A stretch of 41,094 nucleotides of DNA, from NCBI GenBank assembly GCA_033442325.1, contig JAWQFM010000027.1, forward strand, positions 582,222 to 623,315, written 5' to 3'. The stretch comes from Salpingoeca rosetta (lineage: Eukaryota > Protista > Choanoflagellata). The position numbers and the translations under genes were made by a program. The notes below the pieces were generated by a model. That model was not told where the DNA came from and searched no databases. It was given only the letters and a program-made list of their open reading frames with translations. Positions 1 to 37,211 of this stretch are shown here, piece by piece (position 1 is the stretch's first letter; each line of letters starts with the position of its first letter).

Positions 1-146
<146 letters not shown>

Positions 147-161
147 TCCCAATCTGCACAC

Positions 162-10127
<9,966 letters not shown>

Positions 10128-10237
10128 CTGTACGCGCACATGTGTGTATATGTATGTGTGATATGATGAGGGCTTGGTGGGGGGAGGGGGAGGGGGAGGG
10201 GAGGAGACAGTCGAAGCAAAGGTGAAGCATTGTCTGC

Positions 10238-10344
<107 letters not shown>

Positions 10345-10345
10345 C

Positions 10346-10758
10346 NNNNNNNNNNNNNNNNNNNNNNNNNNNNNNNNNNNNNNNNNNNNNNNNNNNNNNN
10401 NNNNNNNNNNNNNNNNNNNNNNNNNNNNNNNNNNNNNNNNNNNNNNNNNNNNNNNNNNNNNNNNNNNNNNNNNNNNNNNNNNNNNNNNNNNNNNNNNNNN
10501 NNNNNNNNNNNNNNNNNNNNNNNNNNNNNNNNNNNNNNNNNNNNNNNNNNNNNNNNNNNNNNNNNNNNNNNNNNNNNNNNNNNNNNNNNNNNNNNNNNNN
10601 NNNNNNNNNNNNNNNNNNNNNNNNNNNNNNNNNNNNNNNNNNNNNNNNNNNNNNNNNNNNNNNNNNNNNNNNNNNNNNNNNNNNNNNNNNNNNNNNNNNN
10701 NNNNNNNNNNNNNNNNNNNNNNNNNNNNNNNNNNNNNNNNNNNNNNNNNNNNNNNNNN
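10346..10758. other. Assembly gap (N run)
   Basis: Run of Ns preceded by a (CA)n tract. Confidence 0.99.
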
Positions 10759-10929
10759 TTGGCACCACGTGAGATGCGACACTTAGCGACCGCTCTGTTT
10801 CACCCACGCAAGTACGTGGCTCTACACAGAAGAGCAATGTTGATGGAGCGCTCTGTCTCACGCAGCTCAGATATAACTGCGTGAGCAGTTATCGGTGTTG
10901 TGATACATAGCCACGACACCCAAAGCACA

Positions 10930-11014
<85 letters not shown>

Positions 11015-11020
11015 CCCACG

Positions 11021-11174
11021 ATGACGACGGCTGCACGACGAAGGCTGTTGAAGGACCTGAAGAACTTGCAGAGGGATCCACCGCAAGGCATCCTGGCCTC
11101 CCCAAACAGCCACAACCTCCTGCTGTGGTCTGCAGTCATCTTTGGGTGCGTGCGTGTGCGCGCGTGTGTGTGTG

Positions 11175-11213
<39 letters not shown>

Positions 11214-11214
11214 G

Positions 11215-11249
<35 letters not shown>

Positions 11250-12108
11250 GTGTCAACTTGCTTGCGACTTCCTCGCCCTTGTCGCCGCTGGTCCAACGTA
11301 CATGTGTTTTGCTTGCCTTCCTCTCAGACCTCCACAAACCCCATTTGAGGATGGTGTGTTCAAGCTCACCATCGAGTTCACAGAGGAGTACCCAAGCAAA
11401 GCACCCACCGTCAAATTTGTCAACTGGATCTTCCACCCCAACGGTGTGTATGTGTGTGTGTGTGTATGTGCATACTTGTCTCTGTGAGTGTCTGTGTGTG
11501 TGCTTCCCTTCTTGTCTGCCTGCTGACCTACCTTTGTCCCAGCCCTCCGCCTGCAGCCCTCCCACTTCCTCTTGGCCTTGCTTCCTTGCGATGATCACGC
11601 TTGATGTCCGAACATGCCCGCATTCCCAGTGTTCCCTTTCATCGATTTTTTTCCAAGCTGCATTGCCCTCCTTCTCACCGCTAGCTCTTACTTGTCCGGC
11701 CTGTTTGTTAGTGTATGCGAGTGGGGCCATTTGCCTGGACATCTTACAGAATCGATGGAGCTCAACATACAACGTTGCCGGTATCCTCACATCCATACAA
11801 TCTCTCCTCGACAACCCAAACCCAAACAGTCCCGCCAACAACGACGCAGCAACGTATGTACACATATTTTATGTGTTGGGGGGGGGGAGTACTTTGTTAC
11901 TTGTGGGAGTGACTCTTTGTGTGAATCATGCGCTCTCACTCTCACACACACACACACACACACAATCACTCACTCAACACACACACACCACACACACACA
12001 CACAGGCTGTATGTGGAGGACACGGTTGCCTACGAGCGACGGGTGAGGGAGTGTGTGGAGGCGAGCTGGGTGGATGATCATGCAAAGCTTCAACAGGAAG
12101 CGCAATAA
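11021..12108 (+). CDS. RAD6: Ubiquitin-conjugating enzyme E2, RAD6/UBC2/UBE2A family. Four exons: 11021-11145, 11328-11443, 11712-11853, 12006-12108.
   Basis: [114 protein letters not shown]. The HPN motif and catalytic Cys are intact and all splice phases are compatible. Confidence 0.97.
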
Positions 12109-12540
12109 ACGGACTTGTACGCACTCTGCTTCGCACACACACGCATGCGAGGAAAGTGTCTTTCTTGACACTGGAATAACGAGGGCGGTGTTGAGTGGTT
12201 TCAGAGTGCATTTTCGTTTGTGGTCATGAGAGAGGGTGGAACAATGAAGGTCTAACACACACGAAAGTACCAAAGTGCAGTGACTTTGGGGGGGGGGGCA
12301 AAGTCGGAGAGGAAGGCCTTGAGACAGCGCTACAGGAGCTCGAAATTATTGTCGACCTCCTCGCTTCAGAAAGCACACCCACACATCCACTCAAACGTGT
12401 TTCATCCACACACACACACGAACACATGCACACACATGCACACACATGCACACACACGCGCGCGCGCGCAGCACACACGCACACACACACGCACGCACGC
12501 ATGATCGCCGTGGTCACAACAGACACTAAAGACACAGCCG

Positions 12541-13312
12541 CTATGCAAAGTGGTGATCCTTCAATTCTCCAAACGACGGGCGCTCACGCGGGTTCTGAGC
12601 CATGCACTTGTACGTCAGCGACTGGAACCACTCAGGAATGGCTATTGGAAAGTGGGTGTGTTTGCGTGTGAGACAGAGACAGAGAGAGTGAGAGAAGGAC
12701 GCGTGGTCAAGCAATCTAAACACACACACACACACACAACAAAGCTCACCTTCTTGCTCGCTGTCTTCGAACTTGAGCCGCTTGCCCTCCATCAAGAGCT
12801 CCGTGATTGCAGGAAGCAGTGGTCCCCTGAAGTCGCTCCCCTTCTCCTGCTCGATCAGATCCGGTGGTCGCTGGGTCACCACCTCCCACATCAGCACGCC
12901 AAAGCTGAAGATGTCGGCCTCAAAGCTGTACTTGTCGCCCGTCAATGCCTCTGGTGCCATGTACATGGGTGTACCAACACCTGCCGTGAGCGTTATGTTA
13001 GTCATCGTCTTCAATCCAGCCTGCTGGCTGTATTGCGGATCGTCAACGTGGCTGGAGGAGAGGCGGGTGTGGCCGCTGCCGTGGGCCCTGCCACCACGTG
13101 CGAAGCACTGGCGAATGGATCCGAAATCCGTAATCTTGGCGCGCAGCGATGATGACACCAGCACGTTTCCGCTCTTCAGGTCTCTGTTGAGGTGGTGTTG
13201 GTGTAGTTGGGGGTGAGGGTAGGATGGTGTGGTGGGCAAGAGTGCGTACCTGCATGCATGCAAACACACACACACAAGCACACACACACAAGCACACACA
13301 CACACACACACA

Positions 13313-13411
<99 letters not shown>

Positions 13412-13511
13412 NNNNNNNNNNNNNNNNNNNNNNNNNNNNNNNNNNNNNNNNNNNNNNNNNNNNNNNNNNNNNNNNNNNNNNNNNNNNNNNNNNNNNNNNN
13501 NNNNNNNNNNN

Positions 13512-13566
<55 letters not shown>

Positions 13567-16500
13567 GCACACACACACACACACAAGCACACACACACAC
13601 ACACAAACACACCGGTGCATCTGGTCGAGGCTGTGGATGAAGGCCATGCCACTGGCAACATCCCGCAGCAGTCGCAGCTTCAAGTCCCACACACCATTCA
13701 CATCATCCCTGACACTGCCGTTGCTGCTCTCCTCGACCTTCCTGCTCCTCACTTCCATCAACACCTTCCCCATATCCTTCTGTAATAGGCCATTGAGCGA
13801 CCCCATGGCCACAAACTCCAGCACCAGGAACGGGCTGCCGTTGGGGTCTGTCCCCGCACCAAAGAACCGCACCACATTCGGGTGCCGTGTCCGCTGCAGG
13901 AACTCCACCTCCTTCTCAAACTCAAGCACCGTGCTCTCGTCAAATGCCATGACGGCTTGCTGCAACACCTTCACTGCCACTGTGACTGTGTCCCACTCTG
14001 CCTGGAACACCACGCCAAACGCACCCGCGGCCACACGCTCAACAAGCCTCAGCTCATCGTACTCAATCTCCCACGCCCTCTTCAGCGCCATCACCTCCTC
14101 GTCCCTCTCCACCAGCAGCTGCTCCTGCAGGTCGATACGCTTGGTCAGGCCACGGTAGCGGCGTGACAGCCACGCCATGAGCAAGCCGAGGGCAAGGCCG
14201 CCAATCACAGAGCCAGCGGCAACGCCAGCGATATTGGGCTCGTCCACCACGCACCGCCCAGTGGCGCCCTTCTTGAAGCCGCGCGCGCACGTGCAGTGGA
14301 AGGTGTAGACAATCTGCGGTGTCAACGCAAAAGAGTCGCGTACCGACCGCAGGTCTCGCGTTGACAGCTGCAGGTCGCAGTCAATGGACGCGCCGGACAG
14401 TTGGAGGATCGGAGGAACGGGCCGGTTTGGAAGGGGCACGCCGTCAGCAGTCAGGAAGGGTTGGTCCGACAAGGCAATCGTTCTCCCAGCAACGCGGTTC
14501 ACCTCTGCTTGGTGGCTCAGCCATGGGTTGCCTGAGAAGTCTAGCACTTCCACCTGTTGCAAGCACCTCTGTGCAGTTGCGGCAACACGCTCCACATCAA
14601 TAATTGCGTCCCTGTTCCGGGCAAAGAGCATGCGGCGGCCCCACCGCGTGCACAGTGCGCTGTTTGGCGGGTAGTTGGTACCGCTGATGTCGAGAATGTC
14701 AATGGGAGGGGCATCAATCGAGGTCAACTGGGTGCAGCCGGACACGTTGAGCTCACGCAGCGAGTTGTGGACAGTGATGGATCGGAGCTGTTTGTTGTCA
14801 GTGAGAAGAAGCGTTTCGAACGTCTTTTCGGGGCACAGGTCAATCGTGCTGTAGTCCGTGTTGGCGATGCGGAGCTCCCGCACGTTGCTTGCAAGCACCT
14901 TGCAAATGGCGCTAAGGGGGAGCGTGTCGCTAGTGGCACCGGGCCACCCCACGTGCAGGGCAGCCAGGTCCAGCAACGGCAGATTCTCAAAGGAGGGCAC
15001 AACGTTGCTGATGACCACGTTGTTGAGCCGAAGCGTGGACAGGGGCGCAATGCTGGCCACGCTGGTGCTCGTGAAAATCGCTTCGGACTTGGACTTTGGA
15101 AATGCGTCCAGCTCGAGAACTTGCAGCAGTGGCAGCGTCAGGAGTGGCGCCAAGTCGATGCGCCTGATGTGATGGTTCTGCAGGCGAAGAATTCTCAGGG
15201 CGGGCGTCTGTGTAAGGTCTGGAAGCTCCTGCATGGGGTTGTTGCTCAAGTCAAGACCACGCAATGTCGGTAACTCGCGTGACAAGTGCAGCTCGGTGAG
15301 CTGGTTTCCAGCCATGTCCAAGAACCGCAGGGACGTGAGCGCTGCCGCTGCAAGAACGTTATCGATTGTGGCCAGCGCGTTGTCCACAAACGAAACCTGA
15401 CGCAGCCCGGGATTGTTGGCAAAGAGGTTTGTGGGGAGCTTGGTCAGGTAGTTGTAGTTACACTGGAAGAAAAGCAGACGCGTGCACGAGTCCAGAACAC
15501 CCTCGGGCAGAGCAGAGATGTCGTTGTTGAGCAATTCGAGGAACGTGACCGCTGTCAAGTCCTGGAACACGCGCGGTGGCAGGGATGTGAGTCGGTTCTC
15601 CGACACCTGCAGCCAATCCAAGGACGTCAGGCCGGAGAAAATGGTGTCTGGAAGGGAAGTGATGAAGTTCTTTGCCAGTTCCAGCCGAACGAGACGCGTC
15701 GTATTGCTGAACAAAAGCGGTGGCAAGCTGGCGAGAAGCGTGTTCTCGATAGTGAGGTGGCCCAGCATCGACAGGGAGCCGAGGGCGGCAGCGTCGAGGC
15801 TCGTGATGGGGTTCTGTTGAAGCTGGAGCACGGTGAGCTGGGTGAGAGGACGGAGGAGGCCTGCAGGGAGGCTGTTGATGTCATTTGCAGCCAGGATCAG
15901 CGTCTGAAGGCGTGTGAGGTCGTCAAACGTGCCGTGTGCCAGTTGTGAAATCACGTTCCCGCGCAAACTCAGCTGCCGCAGGGATATCAGCCCGGCCATG
16001 TCGGTCTTGCTGACGGCATGGATGCGGTTTGCCTTGAGGTTGAGGATTCTCAGGGATGCCATGGCTGACATGTCGGGGATGGCTGCGAGTGAGCAGTTCA
16101 TGACGCGGAAGATGCCCAATGCCGCAGCGCGCTGAAACCCGCGCGTATCAGTGTCGTACAGGAGCTCGCTATCGCGCACAATGATTGTGTGGACCTGCGT
16201 CAACGGGTTGAGCATGCTCAACTGAAGCATGGGGAACTGGACACCCTCCAAGACCAGCGTCGTACACGAGGTCCAGTTGCCGCTCCCCACCAACCACTGG
16301 AGCGATTTCTCTTCAACGTGGCCGCTCACCGTCAACACCTGTACGGAGGATGAGATGGCGTGGAGCGCGCGTGCGGCAGCGGTACTGCTGTCATTCACGC
16401 GGTCCCGGCTGAGCAGCGTTACGGTGAGCCTTCCTCTGTTGTCTGCACCCGGGCACGAGCCGTCCGTCACGCTTGCCAATGTGCACTGGCCTGCCTCCAC

Positions 16501-16667
16501 GGTGGGATCATCACTTCGCCGCACGCGCGCGTGCTGATCCGGGTGCTGGAGTTGTGGCGGATGGCTGGCATCGTGCGCTTCGCTGTTGCGAGCACCTTCC
16601 ACCTGAGTCGGCAGAGACACAGACTGGTTGCGTGCGACAGTTGGTGGCTGCTGGTGTTGGTGGTGTC

Positions 16668-16707
<40 letters not shown>

Positions 16708-17420
16708 GTGGTGGTGGTGCTGGTGCTGTTGATCTTCGTCTTCGCTTTGACCATTCGCGGCATCGCACCCAAAGGTGTTCATCATGCGTTGGATGGAGGA
16801 CAGATCAATCGTCACTGTGGCTCCTTCTCGTTCACCAGCCTCCTCACGTGTTGTGTTGAGGAAGACAGGGTCACGATTAGTTCGAGGATGCAGCACGTGG
16901 TCGTGTGCCTGCTGTGCTGTTGCTGTTCTGAATGGCACCTTGTGTTCATGCAACGTGGTTTGAAGCTGCTTCAGCGTGGTGTCCACCTCCCTGCACAACG
17001 CATTGGCCTGTGTATGTGTGTGTGCGTGTGCGTGCACGTGAATGTGTGCACGTGTGAGTGCACATTTGTGTGTCGGGTAAGCAACAGGGTCCGAACATGA
17101 CATGTGCGCAGTATGAAGGATATTTGGAGGAGAGGACTGGGAAAGGAGTGTGAGCTTGGGAGGAGCCTGCTAGCCTCCTGTTAGTGGTAAGATGAGGACT
17201 GCTGGGACTGCTGGACAGGTCACACCTACACACACTCCACACACAGAGCCATGTCACGCACCTCGTTAACCAAGTTGCTTTGGGTGCACACCGCCGGCGC
17301 TGTTGTTACCACCACCAGCAACAGCAGAGCCAGCAACGCAGAGAGGGCTGATGTGGTGTGCCCTCGTCGCCGCTGCCAGCAGCGAGGCTGTTGAGGCTGG
17401 TGCTTGGGGTGCGCGTCCAT
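12541..17420 (-). CDS. LRR transmembrane receptor kinase (TKL-group, Ser/Thr-type signature). Exons approx. 17420-17262, 17007-13613, 13183-12750, 12641-12541.
   Basis: Hydrophobic signal segment (SALSALLALLLLVVVTTAPAVC), many LxxLxLxxNxI repeats, a Cys-rich juxtamembrane module (HCTCARGF..GRC) and a TM helix (IAGVAAGSVIGGLALGLLMAWL). The kinase has AGAFGVV, VAVK, FEKEVEFL, spliced HRDLKSGN, DFG and GTPMYMAPE. The start codon and first exon are inferred. Confidence 0.92.
13412..13511. other. Assembly gap (100 N) inside the (TG)n tract of a kinase-domain intron
   Basis: N run flanked by CA repeats. Confidence 0.99.
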
Positions 17421-17599
17421 CGTTGTTGTGGTTGCGAGCAGTTGCTGCTGCCTGCACGCACATGCGAAAATTCGCGCCACGCACAACATTGCTGCGCGAC
17501 ACCACAAAATCCAGTGGCGCTGCACAAACAAAAACACAAACAAAGCCAGCCAGCAGTGAACAACCACCCACGCCTCAAGCACGCACCCCACACGACGCG

Positions 17600-18188
17600 A
17601 TGGAGGAGGCGGCAGCGAAGAAGGCCAAAGCAGCGGAGACGCGGGCGTTTCCCCGCATCAAGGAAGTGCGCGCGTTTGTGGTGAGTTTGTGGTAAGCTCA
17701 TGATGAGTTCAGGCCTTGTGATTAGTGCCACACGTTGCGTTGCGGCATTTGTGTCTCCTCACAAAAGCACAAACAAACACATGAATGTGCCCGCACACAC
17801 ACACACAACTCGCTCCCTCACACACACACACACACATACACACACACACACACACACTCTCTCTCTCTCTCTCTCTCTCACGCACACACACACACACACA
17901 CACACACTCTCTCTCTCTCTCAATTTCTCTCTCAAACTCGCAGCAACACAAGGAGAAAGGTGATCAGGGCGCCGACTGCCACGATGTGGACGATGAGCAC
18001 TGGATCAACGGGTATCCCACCCCAATCGCCCACCCCATGTCCTCTTACCCGCTCTACGCGGCCAAGCGCAAGTCGTGGGGCATCAACGGTACGTGCTTGA
18101 CATGAAAACGAATCGTGTCGTTGCCGCTACCTCTTCTGCTTCAGTTGTCGGCCACCCGCACACACGACTACATCCTTGATCATGCGCG

Positions 18189-18282
<94 letters not shown>

Positions 18283-20063
18283 ACAGCGCTTGGCTCCGTT
18301 GTCGTCGAGGTGGAGTCCGAGGATGGTCAAGTGGGCGTTGGCGTCTCCATTGGCGGGGAGCCCGCGTGCTTCATTGTAGAGCATCACCTTAGCCGCTTCG
18401 TCGAGGGCCAGGACCCGCGTGATGTCGAACTCATGTGGGACCAGATGTACAGGTACGTGGCGTGCGTACCAGTGTGTGTACATGTGTATGTGTGTGTGTG
18501 TGTGTGCGTTTACTTGTGTTTGCGTGTACTTGTGTTTGCGTGTACTTGTGTATCTGTGTACTTCTGTAAGTCCCTCAGTACGACGTGTGTTCCTCAACCT
18601 AGCGTTGCTAACTCGTTGCTTTTCGCAGTGCACCAACCTTGTCACCCATCCCTCATTCACCGCCAAACAACATCATGTACCTGTCGTCAGGGCGACTGTC
18701 AACTATGGGCGTAAAGGCCTTCCCCTGCAAGCCATCAGCGCTGTTGATCTTGCCATCTGGGATCTGCTTGGAAAGATCAGAAACGAGCCCGTGTACGCCA
18801 TGCTCGGTGGAAAGACAAAGGACAGGCTACCAGTGTACATGTGAGTGGTTTACATCGCACACGACCTTATACATGTGGTGTGTGGTGTGGTGTGTGTGTG
18901 TGTGTGTGTGTGTTTGTCTGTGTATGTGAATCTGTGCGCGCATGTCTCTGTGTGCCTGTGCGCGCGCGCGTGTCTCTGTGTGCCTGTGTGTGTGTGTCTC
19001 TGTGTGTGTGTGTGTGTCTGTGTGTCTGTGTGTGTATACGGCCGCGTGTGTCCGTGTGTCCGTGTCTGTGTATGTGCGGCGCGCGATGCTCATCGATGAG
19101 ATCGTCGCTCACTGAACATTTCCACATCCCCGTTGCATTTTCACCATCCACCACCTGTTGCATTTCCAAGGACGTGTTCCCGCCCAGACTGTGCAAAAGA
19201 CCTCGGGTAAATGCGTGCATGTGTGCATACATGTGTGAATGGAAAGATGTGTGACAGCATTCTTGCGACATCATTTTGGGTGTATCAACAACACGAACCA
19301 TTCACACACACACACACACATACACACATTCACACGTGCACACGTGCTTTCAGGTTTGTGGGCGCGAAGGTTCCGTGTCCGTACGGGCCTGATGCAGGCG
19401 ATGAAGGCTTGCGCAAGAATGTGGCGTTCTTTCGCAAGTGGCGTGAGACTGTCGGACCGGAATTCCCGCTCATGCTTGACTGCTACATGGCCCTCTCCGT
19501 GCCTTATGCAATCAAGGTGGGGGTGGAGAGGCGTGGAAGTGCATTTGTGTCTGCATGCTGATGAGAGAGAGTGTGTGTGCGTATGTGCGTGTGTATGCGT
19601 GTGCGTGTGCATGTGAGTGTGCATGTGACTGTGTGTATGCGTGCATGTGCGTGTGCGTGTGCATGTGCGCGTGCATGTGAGTGTGTGTGTGTGTGTGAGT
19701 GTGCTTCCCTCTGCATGTGAGGGCCTGCATCTTTGCTGTCAACATCACAACGGCTGCCTCACTTATCCCGACATCCATCACATCACCATCAACCATCACA
19801 TCACCATCGCAGCTGGCGAAAGAGCTGCAGCCATACGGGCTCAAGTGGATGGAAGAATTCCTGCACCCGGTGAGGCCTTGACTATCATCGTTGTGGTCAC
19901 GGGGCTGACGGTGATGGCGAGCTGTGTGTCATGTCGGGGTGATGTTGTGCGCTCTCGGACGTTGGGTGATGCTGCTGCTTGTGTTCACTGTATTCTCACG
20001 CGCGGGCACACACACATGTGCACATGCACACATGTCCACACTTGCACAAACATGCGCACAACC

Positions 20064-20105
<42 letters not shown>

Positions 20106-20249
20106 ACAGGATGACTATGACGGGTACGAGGAGGTGAAGCGTGCGCTGGCGGGAACAGGGATTATGCTCACAACTGCAGAACACGAATACACCAGGTATC
20201 GCAGACCGCAATGTGTTTGTGCGCTGCTTCCGGAGATGTGTGTGTGTAG

Positions 20250-20285
<36 letters not shown>

Positions 20286-20354
20286 GAGTGTGTGTGTGTG
20301 TGTGTGTAATGGCGCCTCACACACCTTGTGCAGCCCACCACGCTTGAAGCTTCA

Positions 20355-20434
<80 letters not shown>

Positions 20435-21518
20435 CACACAATACATGCGTCTTTACCGTGCCTCGTTGTGCCGCCCCCACTCTCACACTCATGTCCTTGC
20501 ACCCCATCACCATCACCAAACACCACCTCCCATGGCCGGTCCAACAATCCAAGATACGGGTTCCGCGAGCTGATCAAGCGCAAGGCGGCAGATGTGCTGC
20601 AGCCGGACATCACATGGATGGGCGGCATCACGGAGGCGCGACGGGTGGTGGCCATGGCTGCTGCTCACGACATCATCGTTATCCCGCACGGCTCCAGCGT
20701 CTACTCGTACCATCTGCAGGTGTCGTGAGCTGTTTGCTGTTGATGGGCTGGGGGTTGGCTGCTTGGGTGGAAGTGTATTGATGTGTGTGTGTGTGTGTGT
20801 CAATTGCGGGTCCATGCACTCTTGCTTCAGCACTCACACTGCTCACCCATTTCCAACCATGTATGCACACACGCACACACACACACATGTGCGCGCCTCT
20901 TAGTATGCGTTCAAGAACTGTCCACTTGCAGAGTACATCAACCTGAGCCCAAAGTCTGATCGCATCGTTCCGTATTTCGGCGGTCTATTCCCAGATGAAC
21001 CCCTGCCCAAGGTGACACGCCGTCTTGTGGTGTGTGTTGTGGTGTGCTGTGGTGTTCGGTTGTGTGGTGGTGGTGGTGGTGGTGGTGGTGGTGGTGGTGG
21101 TGTGTGTGTGTGTGTGTGTGTGTGTTTGCGCTCATGTTGTGCTGCTTTCCCCTAATCATTTCCATCATCCCCCCTCCTCACCATCACCATCCCTCCTCTC
21201 ATCATCACTGCAATCACCATGAACAAACAGGACGGGTTCATTGACTTGCCGGACAAGCCCGGCTTTGGCGTTTCGCTCGACCGCTCCCGTCTCCGCCGCC
21301 CGTACACACGCACAGGTGACACACGTGCACGGGATGCTTGCACTTGTGTGTGTGTGTGTGTGTGTGCGTGTGTGTGTGCGTGTGTGTGTGTGTGTGCGTG
21401 TGTGTGTGCGTGTGCGTGTGCGTGTGCGTGTGTGTGTGCGTGTGCGTGTGCGTGTGCGTTTGCGTGTGCGTGTGCGTGTGCGTGTGCGTGTGTGTGTGTA
21501 GAGAAAGGCGTTGATTGA
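17600..21518 (+). CDS. rhmD: L-rhamnonate dehydratase-like protein (enolase superfamily, mandelate racemase-related RhamD group), about 12 exons
   Basis: Spliced product: [26 protein letters not shown]...[179 protein letters not shown]. Metal ligands D/E/E and the catalytic His are present. The last short exon (21502-21518) is tentative. Confidence 0.93.
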
Positions 21519-21710
21519 TCATGCATCGAGTGAGTGCCTGACACCAGTGACACGCGACTCACGCACGAAATGCCGTCACCATGGCGCATGTCTCAAACGT
21601 GCTTTCCATCGTGTCAATCAGGGGATGAAGTTACTACAAACTTCAAGCGAAATGCAGAACGCGCAATGCCAACAGTCGCAAAGCTTCCATTTTAACGCGA
21701 CACGCATGCG

Positions 21711-21788
<78 letters not shown>

Positions 21789-22260
21789 GACACGTTCAGA
21801 TTTTCTTTCCTTTTCTGCTTTTGTTTCGTTGAACTGTTTATGAAGGGCGCACAGGTGTTATGCACAACAGAAGAAATGAAGCAAGAGCAGCCACGAGCAA
21901 GAACAGGCCAGCCAGCGTGGTAGCGCAGGCGTGAGTGTGCGGCTGTTGCAACCTTGTTTGTGTGTTGTTGACTGGAATGAACAACAAGGAGAACAAACCC
22001 ATTGGATTGCATGTGTGCTGTGGAGTTGTGTAACGCAAAAAGGAAGAAACAAAACAGAGACCAAAAGCAACCCGCAACTCAAGTAAACAAGGCCAGACAA
22101 AACGGTAACAACGATCATGCATGCAGCACGACATGCGCGTGTGCGCGTGTGCGCGTGTGCGCGCGTGTGTGTGTGCGTGTGTACGTCGCAAACAGTCCAT
22201 CAGCGTCGCAATGCCATCACAGGACAGCACACGCGTTGATTGCATCATGCAGGTGTAACG

Positions 22261-29763
<7,503 letters not shown>

Positions 29764-30443
29764 GGCTGTCTTTCAACAGGGGTGGGGGTTCAAAGGGTGC
29801 AAACTCAGAGAGACCTTTTGGTCTTGACCTTGGCTGGACCTTGGATGATGAGCTGATATGGGGTGGTGTGAGATATGATATGTGGTGGGGTGATGGCAGA
29901 GATGAGTGCGTGTGTGATTTGTTTGATGGCAGAGGTTTGGGTTGGAAAAAATGGAAGAAGATAGGCATGAAGGAAGGACATCAACATCAAGCAACCAGCA
30001 ACCAGCAGCAATCACCAACCCATCCACGCGAAGTAAGACGCGGTGCAAGCCAAGCAAGCGAACCAAGCCCAACACGAAGAAGAAGGCCCAAGCAAGCCCA
30101 ATCACCATCATCACATGCAACACCACGACGCAACACCACCACAAACCTCCGTCCGCACCGACTGCAGCAACACTGTGCTTCTTGGTTGCTTGCTTGATTG
30201 CTTGCTTCGCCAAATTGATTGCTTCTTGAAATGACGAAATGCGTCGGCCTTGAAGGTCCTTCCACTCCTACGTTGCACTTTATGGTGTCGCTACCAGGTG
30301 TTCTTGGCGGACGCTGCTCGCTTCGCCGCTCCCCTTCAAACTCGCAGCCTTCCCTCCTCTTCCCCTTCCTCTCACACCAGGCAAACTTCTTTGTCTTTGC
30401 GCTCACTCCCTAACCTTTTCCCCCGCTTCTCTCAAACCTCTCA

Positions 30444-36300
<5,857 letters not shown>

Positions 36301-36416
36301 TGTCATGTGATGTCACACGTCACGAGGGTGTATGGGTGGGTTGGTTGGAAGGAACTGTTGAAAGGCGGGTTGTTTATTGGTATGTAGTTCGACGCTGCTA
36401 TGGAGCGTGATGTTGG

Positions 36417-36522
36417 CTATGGTGGGCCTGACGCAATCTGCAGTGGATGTATGCACACGAGCATGGAATAGAGTACACAGACCAGACATTCTTATGAGGG
36501 ACATGGAGCAGAGACCACTCAT

Positions 36523-36617
<95 letters not shown>

Positions 36618-37122
36618 TGGAAGAGAGAGAGAGAGCGCGTACCTTTCTGAGGTCTGCGTTGCCCAAGTACTCGACGTTGCGATGTGTGGTGAGCGGAAGG
36701 CGTTGCACCCACGTCTGACAGATCTATTGCGGGTGATGGCGGCGTGATGATGACGCGTGAAGCGAGTATTGGGTTTTGATGAGCGTTGGTGTTGTTGTCG
36801 TGAAGGGATGGTGTGCTGTCACGGTGTTGGTGTTGTTGTGCAAGTGTGGTGAGGACTGTGGCGGGAATGTGAGAATACGACTACCGAACCCACATTTACG
36901 CACGTGCACAGCTACACACACACGTACCTGCAACGTGTCTCCGTGTGCCACAAGAACAATGGTGGCGTTGTGGTGCTTGTCGTTGAGCTCCATCAGTAAT
37001 GCGCGCGTGCGATCGACCACACTGCGCGCAGCGGTGCAAATGATCCGTGCAACACGTCAGAACAAGGCGGGCCACGCGCATCGTCACACACATGTGCATG
37101 CAAAAGTGCGAGAGCACATGAG

Positions 37123-37211
<89 letters not shown>

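Noticed and set aside
10759-10920. First coding exon of the debranching enzyme
   Set aside because: No frame resembles the GDE N-terminal domain and there is no convincing ATG-donor combination. The 5' end is probably in the gap.
12541-17103. 1520-aa single ORF for the LRR kinase
   Set aside because: It reads through two in-frame introns (13612-13184 and 12749-12642) and starts inside an intron. Splicing restores HRDLK.
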